Shown: in pieces, positions 20,901 through 31,373 of the stretch | How positions within the stretch are numbered: position 1 is the stretch's first letter | Layout: each line of letters opens with the position of its first letter | The notes under the pieces: generated by a model | Seen by the model: the letters and a program-made list of their open reading frames with translations, nothing else | Database searches by the model: none | Told to the model about the DNA's origin: nothing | Made by a program: the position numbers and the translations under genes | Assembly (NCBI GenBank): GCA_004431415.1 | Contig: QPMI01000044.1 | Location: forward strand, 248,001-312,000 | DNA: 64,000 nucleotides | Source of the DNA: Cyanophora paradoxa CCMP329 | Lineage: Eukaryota > Plantae > Glaucophyta | Reading direction: 5' to 3'

Positions 20901-23900
20901 TATTCCGCCTTAGTTATGGCGACAAGGGCACGGGCCCAGACGTCGCGGGCAAACGCCTCCCAGATTAGCTGGGCCGTAGGCTTACCGGTCCACTCACGGT
21001 CCTCCTTCGTGAGCGTGTGCACCCGCCACGCGGCGCTGATCATGAGGCCAGCGAGGGCGGGAAGGAGGGCCGCGGGGGCGAGCGGGGCGCGGCGGCTCTG
21101 GGGTTTGCCAACGGAGTGGGGTACGGCGTAGAAGCCCGTGATGGCGTGCGCGCAGCTCAGGGGGACCCGCCTGTGGAAGTGGGCGTTCCAGCGCTCGATC
21201 AGCTCTTCCCAGGCCGCCCGCGCTGGGGCGCAGTAGTAGACTGCGTGGTCCGAGGTGTCCTCTGGGATATCTATGCATTCGCAGACTTCGCAGAAGGGGC
21301 TGGGGCGTGCGCCGATGCGGTGGAGGAACTGGCCGGCGGGGAGGCATGCATGGGTGGCCCAGAGCCAGATCTCTCTGTTCCAGGCTGTGAGACTGGCGTG
21401 GCGGCAGCCGTACTTCCATACGTTCTGCCACAGGCAGCGTGGCGGCGGGGCCCCAAAGCGGGCGAGGGGGCCCGGGTCGGGGGTGGGGGGGAGGGCGAGG
21501 AGCGCGCGGTAGCCCGCTGAGATGCGGTACTCGAGCCAGGGGCGGGGGCCTTTGGGGGAGGCAAAGAGGAGGCCCGTGTGGGTCCAGGGCGTGGCGTCTA
21601 GGCGCCCGGCGAGGACGGGGCGGCCTGCAGGCCAGCGCTGCTTCTGCTTGGTGGAGCCGGGGGGTACGAGGACGACATGGGCCCGCGGGAGCGAGACCGG
21701 GGCGGCGGGGAGGGGCTGGGTTGGCGTTGGCGGCTCGGCGAGCGTTCCGTCCGGGAGGGCGCCTACGCGGCAGCCGGTCGGGGGGGTGCCGGGGAGGGCG
21801 AGGATGACCGCGGATGGGCCGGGGCGGCGGGGGCCGTGGCCCGCCACGATCGGGGGGTCGAGGACGCGGGGGTCGCCGCCGGGACCGGAGCGGACCGCTG
21901 CCGGGCCACGGTACAGGGGGGCGAGGCCGAGGGCGGTCACCTGTGCCGAGAGCTGCGTGCGAATCACGTGAAGACGGTTGCGGGCCGCGGTGGACAGGCC
22001 AGGGGGGGGTACGGTGAGGACCTGGCCGGCCTGGGTGATCTTCGGCGACGTGGCGGAGCCGGCGGCGAGCGCGCGGTCAGCCGCCTTGGCGCCCCAGAGC
22101 TGATCGGCCGAGGAGAGCACCGGGTTGAACCAGAGCGGCTCTGCGCGGAAGCGTTCACGCGTGAGCGGGAGGGACGCGGGTGATCGGACGGCTGGGCAGC
22201 TGGCGGGCTGCTCCGCTGCTGCGCGCGGGCGGAGGAGGCCTAGGATGCGTGCGGCCGGGGCTAGCGGGCCTTGGCAGGGGAGGAGCGCGGATTGGCGGGC
22301 CAGCGGGATTTGTGCACCGAGTGCGGCGATGCCGAGCGAGCGGGCAACGGAGCTCCGGGCGCGCGAGAAGAGGACGCCGATGTCGTCGGCTGCAAACAGC
22401 TTCCAGATCGCGAACGTCGGGTCGCAGAGCGCCTTGATGTACGTGCCGGCCTGCGCGAGGAGGCGAGACTCGAGGTCGATGGCGCCAAGGCCGCCGTGAG
22501 CGGGCGGGCGCACCGCCATCGCGCGACTGATCCTGCCCCGCGGGGCTCGTTTCGTTGCCGGCGCCTCGGGGGCCCGGGGCCAGATCGCGCACCAGTACTC
22601 GTGTTTGAGGGCGTCGAGCGCTGCCGGCGGGCACGGGAGGAATGAGGCCGCATACATGAGCTTGGACGCGAGGATCGCGGTGGCGACGTACGCGCGCTGG
22701 TGCGCGCGCATACCTCGGAGGTTCCACCGCGTGCGCGCCTTGCGCATGCCTTCGCCCTTGCCGAGCCAAAACTCGGTCGTGTCAAGTTCGCCCGTCGAGC
22801 CCAGTGGGATTCCGAGCGTCGTCGTCTGCGAGACCCAGCGGATCGGGATCTGTGCTGCCCAGGCTGGCAGCGTCTGCGGCGGGCGGATCGCGGCGGCGCC
22901 AGCGAGCATACCTTCCGTTTTGCTTAGGCTGAGGCACGAGCCGTTGTACTTCTCCGCCTTGGCGTACGTGCCGAGGCACTTCCGTACTGGTTTGCCGGGA
23001 TCAGGCGACTGCGGGTCGATCAGGATCGTGTGCGCCGCGTCGTCGGCGTATTGGTTCAATTTGGATTCGACCCCGGGATTCCCGGGCGCCGGTACGCCGG
23101 TTATCTCGGGGTCTGCTAGTATCGCGCGCGTCGTCGGCTCTTGCTGCGTATTGAAGAACATGCACGCGAACGGGTCGCCCTGCATCGCGCTCCGCGTGAT
23201 TTTGATGGGATCGGGGTCGACGACGCCGTTGAGCATCACTTTTGATCGCGCGCCTTTGATCGCAGCGCGAACGTCCTGGAGGAATTCCGCGGGGAAGCCT
23301 TGAATCGCGAGAACGCGCAGCGCATAGATGTGCTCGACGCGGTCGTACGCTTTTTCAAAGTCCGTGTTTAAGACGACGATATGCTTGCCCTCGCGGGCGG
23401 CGTAGCGGATGACGGACTGCATCTGCCAGACGTTATCCGCGCCGTTTCGATCGGGCATGAAGCCCGTTTGGACCGAGCTAATCGTGTGCTGGCACGCGGG
23501 GGCGATCCGCTTCGCCAAGACCGCCCCGTAGAGGCGGCGATCAATTTGCAGTAGCGTGATGGGGCGCCAGTTCTGGATCCGGTCGCGGTCACCCTTTTTA
23601 TAGAGCAGCTGGATGAGTCCCATGCGCTGGCGCTCCGAGAGCACTCCTAGGGCGCGCGCGCAGTTGTAGCTCTCGGCGATAATGGGGCCTATTACGTCCC
23701 AGAACTTAAGGTAGAACCGGACGGTCATGCCATCCTCGCCCGGCGCAGTGGACTTATTCATCTCCTTGAGGCTTTCCCCCACTTCCTGAGCGGTGTACTC
23801 GCCCTGGGTCGGGGCGCAGAGGGGGGCGGGTGCGGTATCAAGGCAAGGGGCAAGCAGGGCTGCTTCTTCGAGCGACAGCGGATCGAGGGGAGTGAGGAGC

Positions 23901-26900
23901 GCAGCGTCCCGCAGCCGCCTAACGACAGCCGGGTACACCGCTTCCGCCTCCGGGGTGGCATCGGGCGCCGGGGCGCCGGGATCGGGATCGGGGTCCGGCG
24001 CGGGGGCCGGGTCCGGGCGAGCCTCGTCTGGCTCGGGCAGCGGACGGGAGGGATCCGAGCGTGCACGTTTCTGCACTGGCCCCGGGGGAGGTGGAGAGGA
24101 CGGGCGGGCTTCGCCGCGTCCGGAGGACGGTGGAGGGGGGGGTACGGGGCCGGCGGCGGGGCCGGGCGCAGGTGGGGGGGGGAGGTCGGGGGGTAGGGGG
24201 CGCTGAGCGGTGAGAAGCTCGGTGTAGTACGCCTTGACGTACCCCGTCATCGTCGCGTGGTCGGAGGCGGGCGGTGTGTCCGGGGTCGGGGGGTACGGCT
24301 GCATCGAGCGCATTTCGTGGTCAGCGCCGGCGTAGCGCATGTGGCGGGCGAGGTCGGGGGGGATGGTGACCGCTCCGGAGAGCGCGCGTTCTAGGTTCTT
24401 ACGGGAGTGGAAGGCGGCCTCGGCCGCGTCCAGCTTGGCTTCCTCGAGGGCCAGGTACCCGATGAGCGCCACCGCGCCGTCCTCGGCTTCGGTATCGCGG
24501 CCGGCTTCCTGCAGCGCCTGTTCGGCGCCTGCCCACATGTCTGCGACGGCTTCGCGCGCCTCCCGGAGTTCCGAGTTAGCGCGCGGGCGGAGAGAGTGGG
24601 CAATGGACCGGATGTCGGTGATGAGCTTGTCGAGCCAGCGTTGCCACTCGTGCGTCCGTCGCGGGGGCTGCGCCGCGAGCGAGTCAGCGATGAGCGCGCG
24701 AACGCGTTTGTCGAAGTCCGGGCGGGCGAGGACGCGGTCTTGCAGGCGGAAGCGGGATGATTTGGTCACGGGTTTAGCCCCCGTGAAGAGGCGCGCGTAA
24801 ACGGCATCGTGGTCTGGCCGCGGCGCTTGGCCGGCGGTGCGGAAGACGCCCACTTTCTCTGCCGCGGCGCAGAGGTCAGCCGAGAGGAAGACGTGGTCGA
24901 GGCGGGCTGCGTTTGTGCTCGAGCGGCTGGTCTTGTTGTGCCAGCGCGTGTAGATACGTTCCTCGGGGCGGCGACGGCGGTGCTCGTCTTGAAGACCGAG
25001 ATCTGCGAGCATCTCTGCCCAGTGAGCGAACGGCGGGGGCGGCGCGCCGGTTGCGCGGCGGCGGCTCTCGAGGAGCGGCTGGGCGTAAGCGTTGAAGTCG
25101 CCGCCGAGGATCAGCGAGGCGCCTTGAGGGATCGTGGGTTCCGTTAGTGAAGCTTGGAGACCTGCGGCGAGGCGGCGCTGCGCGTCTACGGCGTTCGCGG
25201 CGTAGACGCACGCGATGTAATAGTTGTGGTCGGCGCTGCCAAGGCGGAGAACTGTAACATCGTGCGCGGGCAGGCCCGCGCGGGGCGCGAGGGGGACGAG
25301 CTCGGCCTGGGCACCGGGGAGGCCTGGGATCTGGTTGCGCACGATGAAGCCAGTGCCTCTGCTCCAAGTGTCCGGGCGCGGGTTCGCTGCTGGGGGGATG
25401 TGAGCGGACCAGTGCGGGCCGATGCGGCGGGCGAAGGCGGCGATCTCTTTAGGGCTGAGGCGGTGGTCCACGAGGCCTAGAACGTCTATGTGCCTCTTTT
25501 TAAGCCACCGGGTGAGCCAGACGCGGCGGGGGACGCTGGTCAGGCTCTCGACATTCAAAAACGCGACCGTGAAGGTCGGGGGCGCTCCCGGGCGATCCGG
25601 GGGCGGGCCGCTCGTCTCAGCGGCCTTACTGGGGGGTGGTGCGCTGTTTTCGGCCATCCGTCGGCTCCTGGCTGACCTATCTAGCGCTTTCGGACTACAA
25701 GGGTCGGGTGGGCTCGGCGCGCGACTTTCCGAGCAGCTTGACACGCAGCGTTATCAGGAACCCACGGGTGGGAAACCTGGCCCGCCGCGCTGCCGTAATC
25801 GTCGCGCAACCGCAAATTTTCCGTACCCCCGAAGTCACCGATCAGAATATTAATTATAATTACGAACTCTCTTCCGCTTCGCCAGGTACCCAACTTGGCG
25901 GCTGCTCGTTCAAGTCGCCGATAACGTACGAAGCTACGGCCCCTCGCCGCCGAGTGGCACGCCCGAACGTGCCTTGGAGGAGGAGTATGCCGCCCCGAGC
26001 ACACGCATCGCCTCCTACGACGCGAACGGAGTCGAGATGAAGCATGAGAGCGTGTACAAAGTCTTGAGGTGATGATCATGCAAATGATGGCTGTTGACAG
26101 AATCGAATATTAATATAATCGCACCCGAATCCACTTCTAATTGAGCTAACCGCAATTGCAACCTATTCCTCGCCAGGCCGAACGAGAACCCAGAGGGGAT
26201 CGAACGCCCAGGAGATAAGCAAGGTGGGCGGAGGCGAGTGGTCAAGTCGCGATCGCGCCGTCAGCGCGGCAGAAACCTCATGGGGGGCATGTCGGATTCT
26301 GGCAACGTACTGTGGACCAAGCCTTACCTTCCGACGGCGGAGAATGGTGAGCTCATTTACGTATTAAGAGCAAACTATTCCGAGCGTTTGATTTACCAAC
26401 TTGACACGCACGCGGCAGGTATCACAAATGTTGGCACGCGCGAGTACCCCGTCTTCTTTTCGACCTGGAACAGGAACCTCATTTACGCGCACCACCTCAA
26501 CATAACCGGCGTGCCTATACCTACACCCAGTCCCAGCCCGAGTCCCAGCCCGAGCCCCAGTCCAAGCCCGAGCCCGAGCCCGAGCCCAAGCACGAGCTCG
26601 CCTACGGAGACCCCAAGCCCGAGCCCGTCTCCAAGCCCCGCCTCTGCGATGCCTACCCCCAGCCCGTCGACGGCGCCCGCGGCCGTCGTCGAGCTTCCAA
26701 CGCCAAGCCCCCTGCCGACGCCCACTCCTATTCCGCCCCTGGTGCGCACGAGCCCCCGAAAACATTCCGATGAACGCGCGCTCCTATAACTAATGATATC
26801 AATATATTAATGATCATGATTGCGATCGAAGGATTTCATCACACAAAACACGACCAGTACAGCTATCTTCGGCGACGTCAAGGTTCGTCTACATCTTTCC

Positions 26901-28250
26901 CATAAGTTCCCTGAATAGTGAGCGAGTCGTGTGTTATATTGATGCGAAATTAAACGCACATATATACAGTTCACCCCGAGTGACTTCATACCAAAGGTGC
27001 GAGCAAACCATTTCTCAAAGACATTCATATGTATATCTGCGCTCACTTCGGATTTCGTTAACGTTGCAGCAAAGGAATGGGCGTCTTATCTATGAAGCCG
27101 TCCTCGATAAGGCAGCGTTCAGTATTCCCCAGGTGCGCATGCGCTGCAATTCAGTTTATAATTACATTTAATTTAGACCTCGAGCGCTAGCTAGCCACAA
27201 TTGATATCGTTCAATTTTGATGCAAGCGCGCAGGGCGCCGCCAGCTCCAATGATTACGTCATCGTCCCTGTCACGGGTTTGCTCAAGGTAATTATAATCA
27301 AATTGAACGACAATACCCACCAATTACCAGCATCGATTTCTGGCTTTCCCCATTTGACAACCACTGATTGATCGTGATCGAGCAGCCTGGAGACAAGGTG
27401 AAGCTATCTATCCTTGACGAGGTACTTTTCCCCAGTATTTTTTAATAGACTTCACCAATTGCAATAAATTCACCGTTCGACGTCCTCCTCCTCCAGGCCA
27501 CCGGCCAAGAGCGGCCGTGCACGGAAGAGGTCGTCGAGCAGTCCGGGAGCGAAGTCGTCCTCAAGTTCAAGCTGCCGCGGCCCACCCGCCGCATGCTCCA
27601 CCGCCACCTCCTCCAGGCGTTCAAGAGCAACTACGCCGTGCGCCCGTCTTGAACTCGTTGGCCGGCGCCCCTCTCGCCGGCCTCTTACGCGTGCCCAGTA
27701 CACTCTTGTTATCAACCCAAGCGATGGAGCGAGCTTCGTCCCGTTGTACATCGTCAATGTGCGCCTCCAGAGCGGGAACGAAACCCGATGTATAAGAGCC
27801 TCTAATAGCTAGATCTAGTTTTACAAGTTTCGCGCGCTGCCTGCCCATACCCATGGTCTTGATCGGCTTCCAAGATCTCCCCCCGGCCTGAGTCCACCTC
27901 CATCCCAATTATTAAATTAAATCTGACTCTGAGTCGACTGCAGGCCTTGCGGTTCAACTCGGTCACTTCCTTGAACTCCGTGCCATACTGGCCCAGCTCT
28001 GCGCTCCCGATCTCTACGGTTCGCGATCTCCGTTTCATTTCCGAAGTTCTCGTTCTGTTGATTATAATTATAACATCCATATGAATACTTACGCGGCCTG
28101 CTTCGTCTGCGTCGCAGGGCGCTTTTGGCCTCTTGATCAGCCTTGCTGTGGCAGCCTTTGCCGGCCTGCACAATGTGTGGGGGATTTCCTGCTGATCTTG
28201 AAATGGGAGCACGCTCTGCCGTTTCTCGCCCCACAAGCGAGCGGCATGCG
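17948..28250 (+). CDS. Multi-exon host gene: putative secreted/surface glycoprotein with a (Ser-Pro)n linker (3' end uncertain)
   Basis: Hydrophobic leader [17 protein letters not shown] series of GT-AG-bounded open exons (e.g. 18725-19009, 19094-19236, 25886-26068, 27497-27637), many N-x-S/T sites, and PSPSPSPS at ~26520-26740. Confidence 0.65.
20194..25839 (-). mobile_element. L1/Tx1-clade non-LTR retrotransposon, 5'-truncated, inserted antisense in an intron
   Basis: Poly(A) (T14 at 20194-20207) and 14-bp TSD GATCAGAATATTAA (20180-20193, 25840-25853). Lies in intron 20146-25885. Confidence 0.93.
20663..25657 (-). CDS. LINE ORF2: APE endonuclease + reverse transcriptase + C-terminal zinc knuckle (~1664 aa from ATG 25657)
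   Basis: EN motifs FLNVESL, GGDFNA, RLDHVF, PDHDAV. RT motifs [32 protein letters not shown]. Zinc knuckle CEVC...HAVYYC. Confidence 0.95.
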   Translation of the reverse strand: MAENSAPPPSKAAETSGPPPDRPGAPPTFTVAFLNVESLTSVPRRVWLTRWLKKRHIDVLGLVDHRLSPKEIAAFARRIGPHWSAHIPPAANPRPDTWSRGTGFIVRNQIPGLPGAQAELVPLAPRAGLPAHDVTVLRLGSADHNYYIACVYAANAVDAQRRLAAGLQASLTEPTIPQGASLILGGDFNAYAQPLLESRRRATGAPPPPFAHWAEMLADLGLQDEHRRRRPEERIYTRWHNKTSRSSTNAARLDHVFLSADLCAAAEKVGVFRTAGQAPRPDHDAVYARLFTGAKPVTKSSRFRLQDRVLARPDFDKRVRALIADSLAAQPPRRTHEWQRWLDKLITDIRSIAHSLRPRANSELREAREAVADMWAGAEQALQEAGRDTEAEDGAVALIGYLALEEAKLDAAEAAFHSRKNLERALSGAVTIPPDLARHMRYAGADHEMRSMQPYPPTPDTPPASDHATMTGYVKAYYTELLTAQRPLPPDLPPPPAPGPAAGPVPPPPPSSGRGEARPSSPPPPGPVQKRARSDPSRPLPEPDEARPDPAPAPDPDPDPGAPAPDATPEAEAVYPAVVRRLRDAALLTPLDPLSLEEAALLAPCLDTAPAPLCAPTQGEYTAQEVGESLKEMNKSTAPGEDGMTVRFYLKFWDVIGPIIAESYNCARALGVLSERQRMGLIQLLYKKGDRDRIQNWRPITLLQIDRRLYGAVLAKRIAPACQHTISSVQTGFMPDRNGADNVWQMQSVIRYAAREGKHIVVLNTDFEKAYDRVEHIYALRVLAIQGFPAEFLQDVRAAIKGARSKVMLNGVVDPDPIKITRSAMQGDPFACMFFNTQQEPTTRAILADPEITGVPAPGNPGVESKLNQYADDAAHTILIDPQSPDPGKPVRKCLGTYAKAEKYNGSCLSLSKTEGMLAGAAAIRPPQTLPAWAAQIPIRWVSQTTTLGIPLGSTGELDTTEFWLGKGEGMRKARTRWNLRGMRAHQRAYVATAILASKLMYAASFLPCPPAALDALKHEYWCAIWPRAPEAPATKRAPRGRISRAMAVRPPAHGGLGAIDLESRLLAQAGTYIKALCDPTFAIWKLFAADDIGVLFSRARSSVARSLGIAALGAQIPLARQSALLPCQGPLAPAARILGLLRPRAAAEQPASCPAVRSPASLPLTRERFRAEPLWFNPVLSSADQLWGAKAADRALAAGSATSPKITQAGQVLTVPPPGLSTAARNRLHVIRTQLSAQVTALGLAPLYRGPAAVRSGPGGDPRVLDPPIVAGHGPRRPGPSAVILALPGTPPTGCRVGALPDGTLAEPPTPTQPLPAAPVSLPRAHVVLVPPGSTKQKQRWPAGRPVLAGRLDATPWTHTGLLFASPKGPRPWLEYRISAGYRALLALPPTPDPGPLARFGAPPPRCLWQNVWKYGCRHASLTAWNREIWLWATHACLPAGQFLHRIGARPSPFCEVCECIDIPEDTSDHAVYYCAPARAAWEELIERWNAHFHRRVPLSCAHAITGFYAVPHSVGKPQSRRAPLAPAALLPALAGLMISAAWRVHTLTKEDREWTGKPTAQLIWEAFARDVWARALVAITKAEYAARGLSPADAKPALDPSTITWAWEPDDDHPPPPAPLDPLMWTAAGFVATLERTETETAPSRGPLLEPPPDFDSPAVPW

Positions 28251-28907
28251 CATGCCCTGTGGCAAAGAATAAATCTGTGGCCAGAATTTTCGCTTTCGCT
28301 TCATTCTCGCTTTCGCTTTCGTTTCGAGATAGCTATAGTCTAAATCTTGTTCCAGGAATATTGTATTCCCGCGGTTGCGGCGCGCATATGCGTGCGCGCG
28401 TATCCGGTCAACAATGTCGCAGCTAGATAATAAGTTTACTCTAGATGTGTTAGATTTCGTTTTCTTGGTCGACAAATTTAACCATACAGATACAGATATA
28501 TATCGACATGCACACCATCACCATGGCCAAACCCTTGGGTCATGCCATGCCGATCAGTCAGACGGGCCAGCCGCTGAGTATACGTAGGCGCACAGTGCAC
28601 CGCGCACTGGCATATCGCCTGCGTGCGGCACGTGCGCATAGGGCATGTGCTGGTCAAATTCAAGAGAGCAACGCTTAACCTACTAGAACTATTTTCTCCC
28701 TAATACCCATAGCTGGTCCGGGCAAAGCCATAAAAAGGAAGAGCACATGCAGGAAGACCTAGAGCCATCGCGATCAGCTACGAATACAAGCTCTACAAGC
28801 AAAGACCGCAAGCGGAAGGCCACACCAACGCCAGCGCCGGCGGAAACCGGCCGCGGCTGCGACTGATCATGGCACCGACAATGACTGCCGGTGCCGGGGC
28901 CCTCCCT

Positions 28908-29371
28908 CTAGCTGGTGAGCCAGTTCTTGTGGTAGAAGAACAACAGCATGCCCATCGCCATCGAGCAGCAGATGCCCCAGAACATCCTGCGCGAGATTCG
29001 AACCCGTGAGCCGCTTCCAGAGATCTAGAGCTTAGCGTCAAGAACCGTATGCGCACTCGTAGCCGTAGTCCCAGTGGATCTCGGGGATGGTGGGGAAGTT
29101 CATGCCGTAGACGCCCGCGATGAACGAGAGCGGGATGAAGAGCGTCGAGATCATCGTCAGCACCTAATATAAGGGCGCAAGGAGCGTATACGTAAGACTT
29201 CTTCACTTGACTTGACCTTGCTTCTAGACTCCGGGCCTGCTAATTAAAAATAATAGAAACATAGAAAGAAAGTCATTGTAATAGAGGTAGATCATAGAGA
29301 TCATAGAAATAGGGCGGGGCGGGACGGGACGGGGCGGGACGGGACGGGACGGGACGGGGCGGGGCGGGGGG

Positions 29372-29404
<33 letters not shown>

Positions 29405-29428
29405 GGGCGGGGCGGGGCGGGGGCGGGG

Positions 29429-29472
<44 letters not shown>

Positions 29473-31339
29473 CGGACCTTCATGACCTCGTTCAAGCGGT
29501 TGGAGATCATCGTGATCGCCAGCTCCCTCGTCCTGGCAAGGGGGGTACGGTAAGAAAGGGGGGGAGAAGGGAGGGAAAGGGGGGCGCGCCGGGAGCCGAA
29601 GTCGCGGAAGTTGTCGATGATGTCGATGATCTGGATCGTGTGGTCCCGCACGTCCTGTACCCCCCCACACCCAAGTCAGTCGGGAGAGGCGGGCGGCACA
29701 GGCAGGCGGCGCGCCGTCGCCCCGCGGGGCGACGGCCGCGGACGACTCTGCTGTTGTCTAACTCCTCTACTTCTCCACCCCATTCATACTTTAGCTTTTA
29801 AAGAAACGGGCCGGGGAGGGACGGACCATGAGGTAGGTCTTGGTGGTGGTCGAGATGAGCGCATGCTCTGCCTTCTGCATCTGCACACGTCGTCGGCGGG
29901 CGGGACAAGCCTGGAAGAGGCGTGGGGGTGGGGCTGGGGTGGGGGGTGGGGAGTGGGGGGGGGGGGGTACCTTGTCGACGAGGTCGCGCATGGGGTGCAT
30001 GATGCGCCGCACGAGCAGCAGCTCCCTCTCTGAAGGAGGGCGGAATCAAATCAAATCAACGTGCGCTCGAAACTGCTTTCTTAACTACCTCTAAGATAGA
30101 TAGATCCTTAGGTCTCTAAGATAGGCGCGTCTTTAGAGAAGCGCAGAGCAGTGCCCTCGAGTTTAGGATCTATCTTAGAGGCACGAGCAGCAGCTCCCTC
30201 TCTGAAGGAAGAGGCTATGAGGGGGAAGGGGGGGGGGGCGGGAGGGGGGTACCGAGGCCGTGGACGCGGCGGATGACCATCGGGTCCGGCTTCTCCAGCG
30301 CCTGCAGAGGGGCCGGGCCTCAGCGAAGCGCTCGGCGCCGGGCGCCGGGCCCTCATCATAAGGGCCCCGGGCCGGGGCGGCGAGGGGCGGCAGAGGGTCC
30401 ATGGGCCTTGCCTTAGCCCCCGGGGGGAAGGGGGGGGGGGGGGGGGGGGCGGGCATCGGGCGGGGGGCGGCGGAGGGCGGCGGGCCTCAGCGGAGCGCTC
30501 GGCGGACCCTCGGCCCTCCGAAAAGCGCCGGGGAGGGGGGGGGGGGGGGGGGGGGGGGCGGCGAAGAGGGGCCAAGGGCCTCGGGTGGGGGTGGGGGGTG
30601 TGGTGTGGGGGAGGGAGGGAGGGGGCGGGGGCGGGCATCGCGCACGCAGTGGAAGAATCTCTCTCTGATCTAGAATCTAGAACTTCTCGAATGGAGGAGG
30701 AGGGGGAGGAGGGGGCGGTGGCGGGGGCGAGACAGCCCAAGGTGGCTGAGGTGCGGCGGTGGAGGTGACACTCTGCCATGTTGGGCAACCCCGACACGCC
30801 TGCACCCGGACACGCGTGCCTTGCTTGCACTCGGTGCTACTATCAACACTAGACCGTCCCGGGCGGCTGGCGGCTCTAGGCGGAGGAGGGGGCGGTGGAG
30901 GGGGCGGGGGGAATCTCTCTCTGATCTAGAATCTAGAACCTCTCGAATGGAGGAGGGGGCGGGGGCGGGGGCCGGGTCGCGCACGCAGTCGTCGAGGTGC
31001 TCCATCTCCGCCTGGTACATCTCTGCGGGGGAAACGGGGGGGGTCAGGGCCCCGGCCGGGCGGGGCCGGGCGGGGCGGGGCAAGGCAGGGAGGGTTTAGA
31101 TCCAAAGAAATCCAGGCGGGTGGGGCCGGGCGGCTCGCGCTCAAGCGGCGCCGGGTGGAGTCGGGCCGGGCGGCGCGCGCTCGGGTGGGACCGGGCGGGG
31201 CGGGGCGGGGCGGGTCGGTCTAGTTGCGGAAATCTTCCTAGTTGCGGAACCCGCATCTAGGGCGGCCCCGGCTCAAGCGGAGCCGGGCGGAGCCGGGCGG
31301 AGCCGGGCGGGGCGGTCTTGATGCGGCGGTCTAATCTCC

Positions 31340-31373
<34 letters not shown>

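Noticed and set aside
25658-25744. GTG-initiated N-terminal extension of LINE ORF2
   Set aside because: Eukaryotic context. The first ATG is at 25657, and the extension overlaps the probable ORF1 remnant.
28988-29068. B-box-like GGGTTCGAATCTC on the minus strand (tRNA/SINE?)
   Set aside because: Lies in a short corA intron, with no A box, cloverleaf, tail or TSD.
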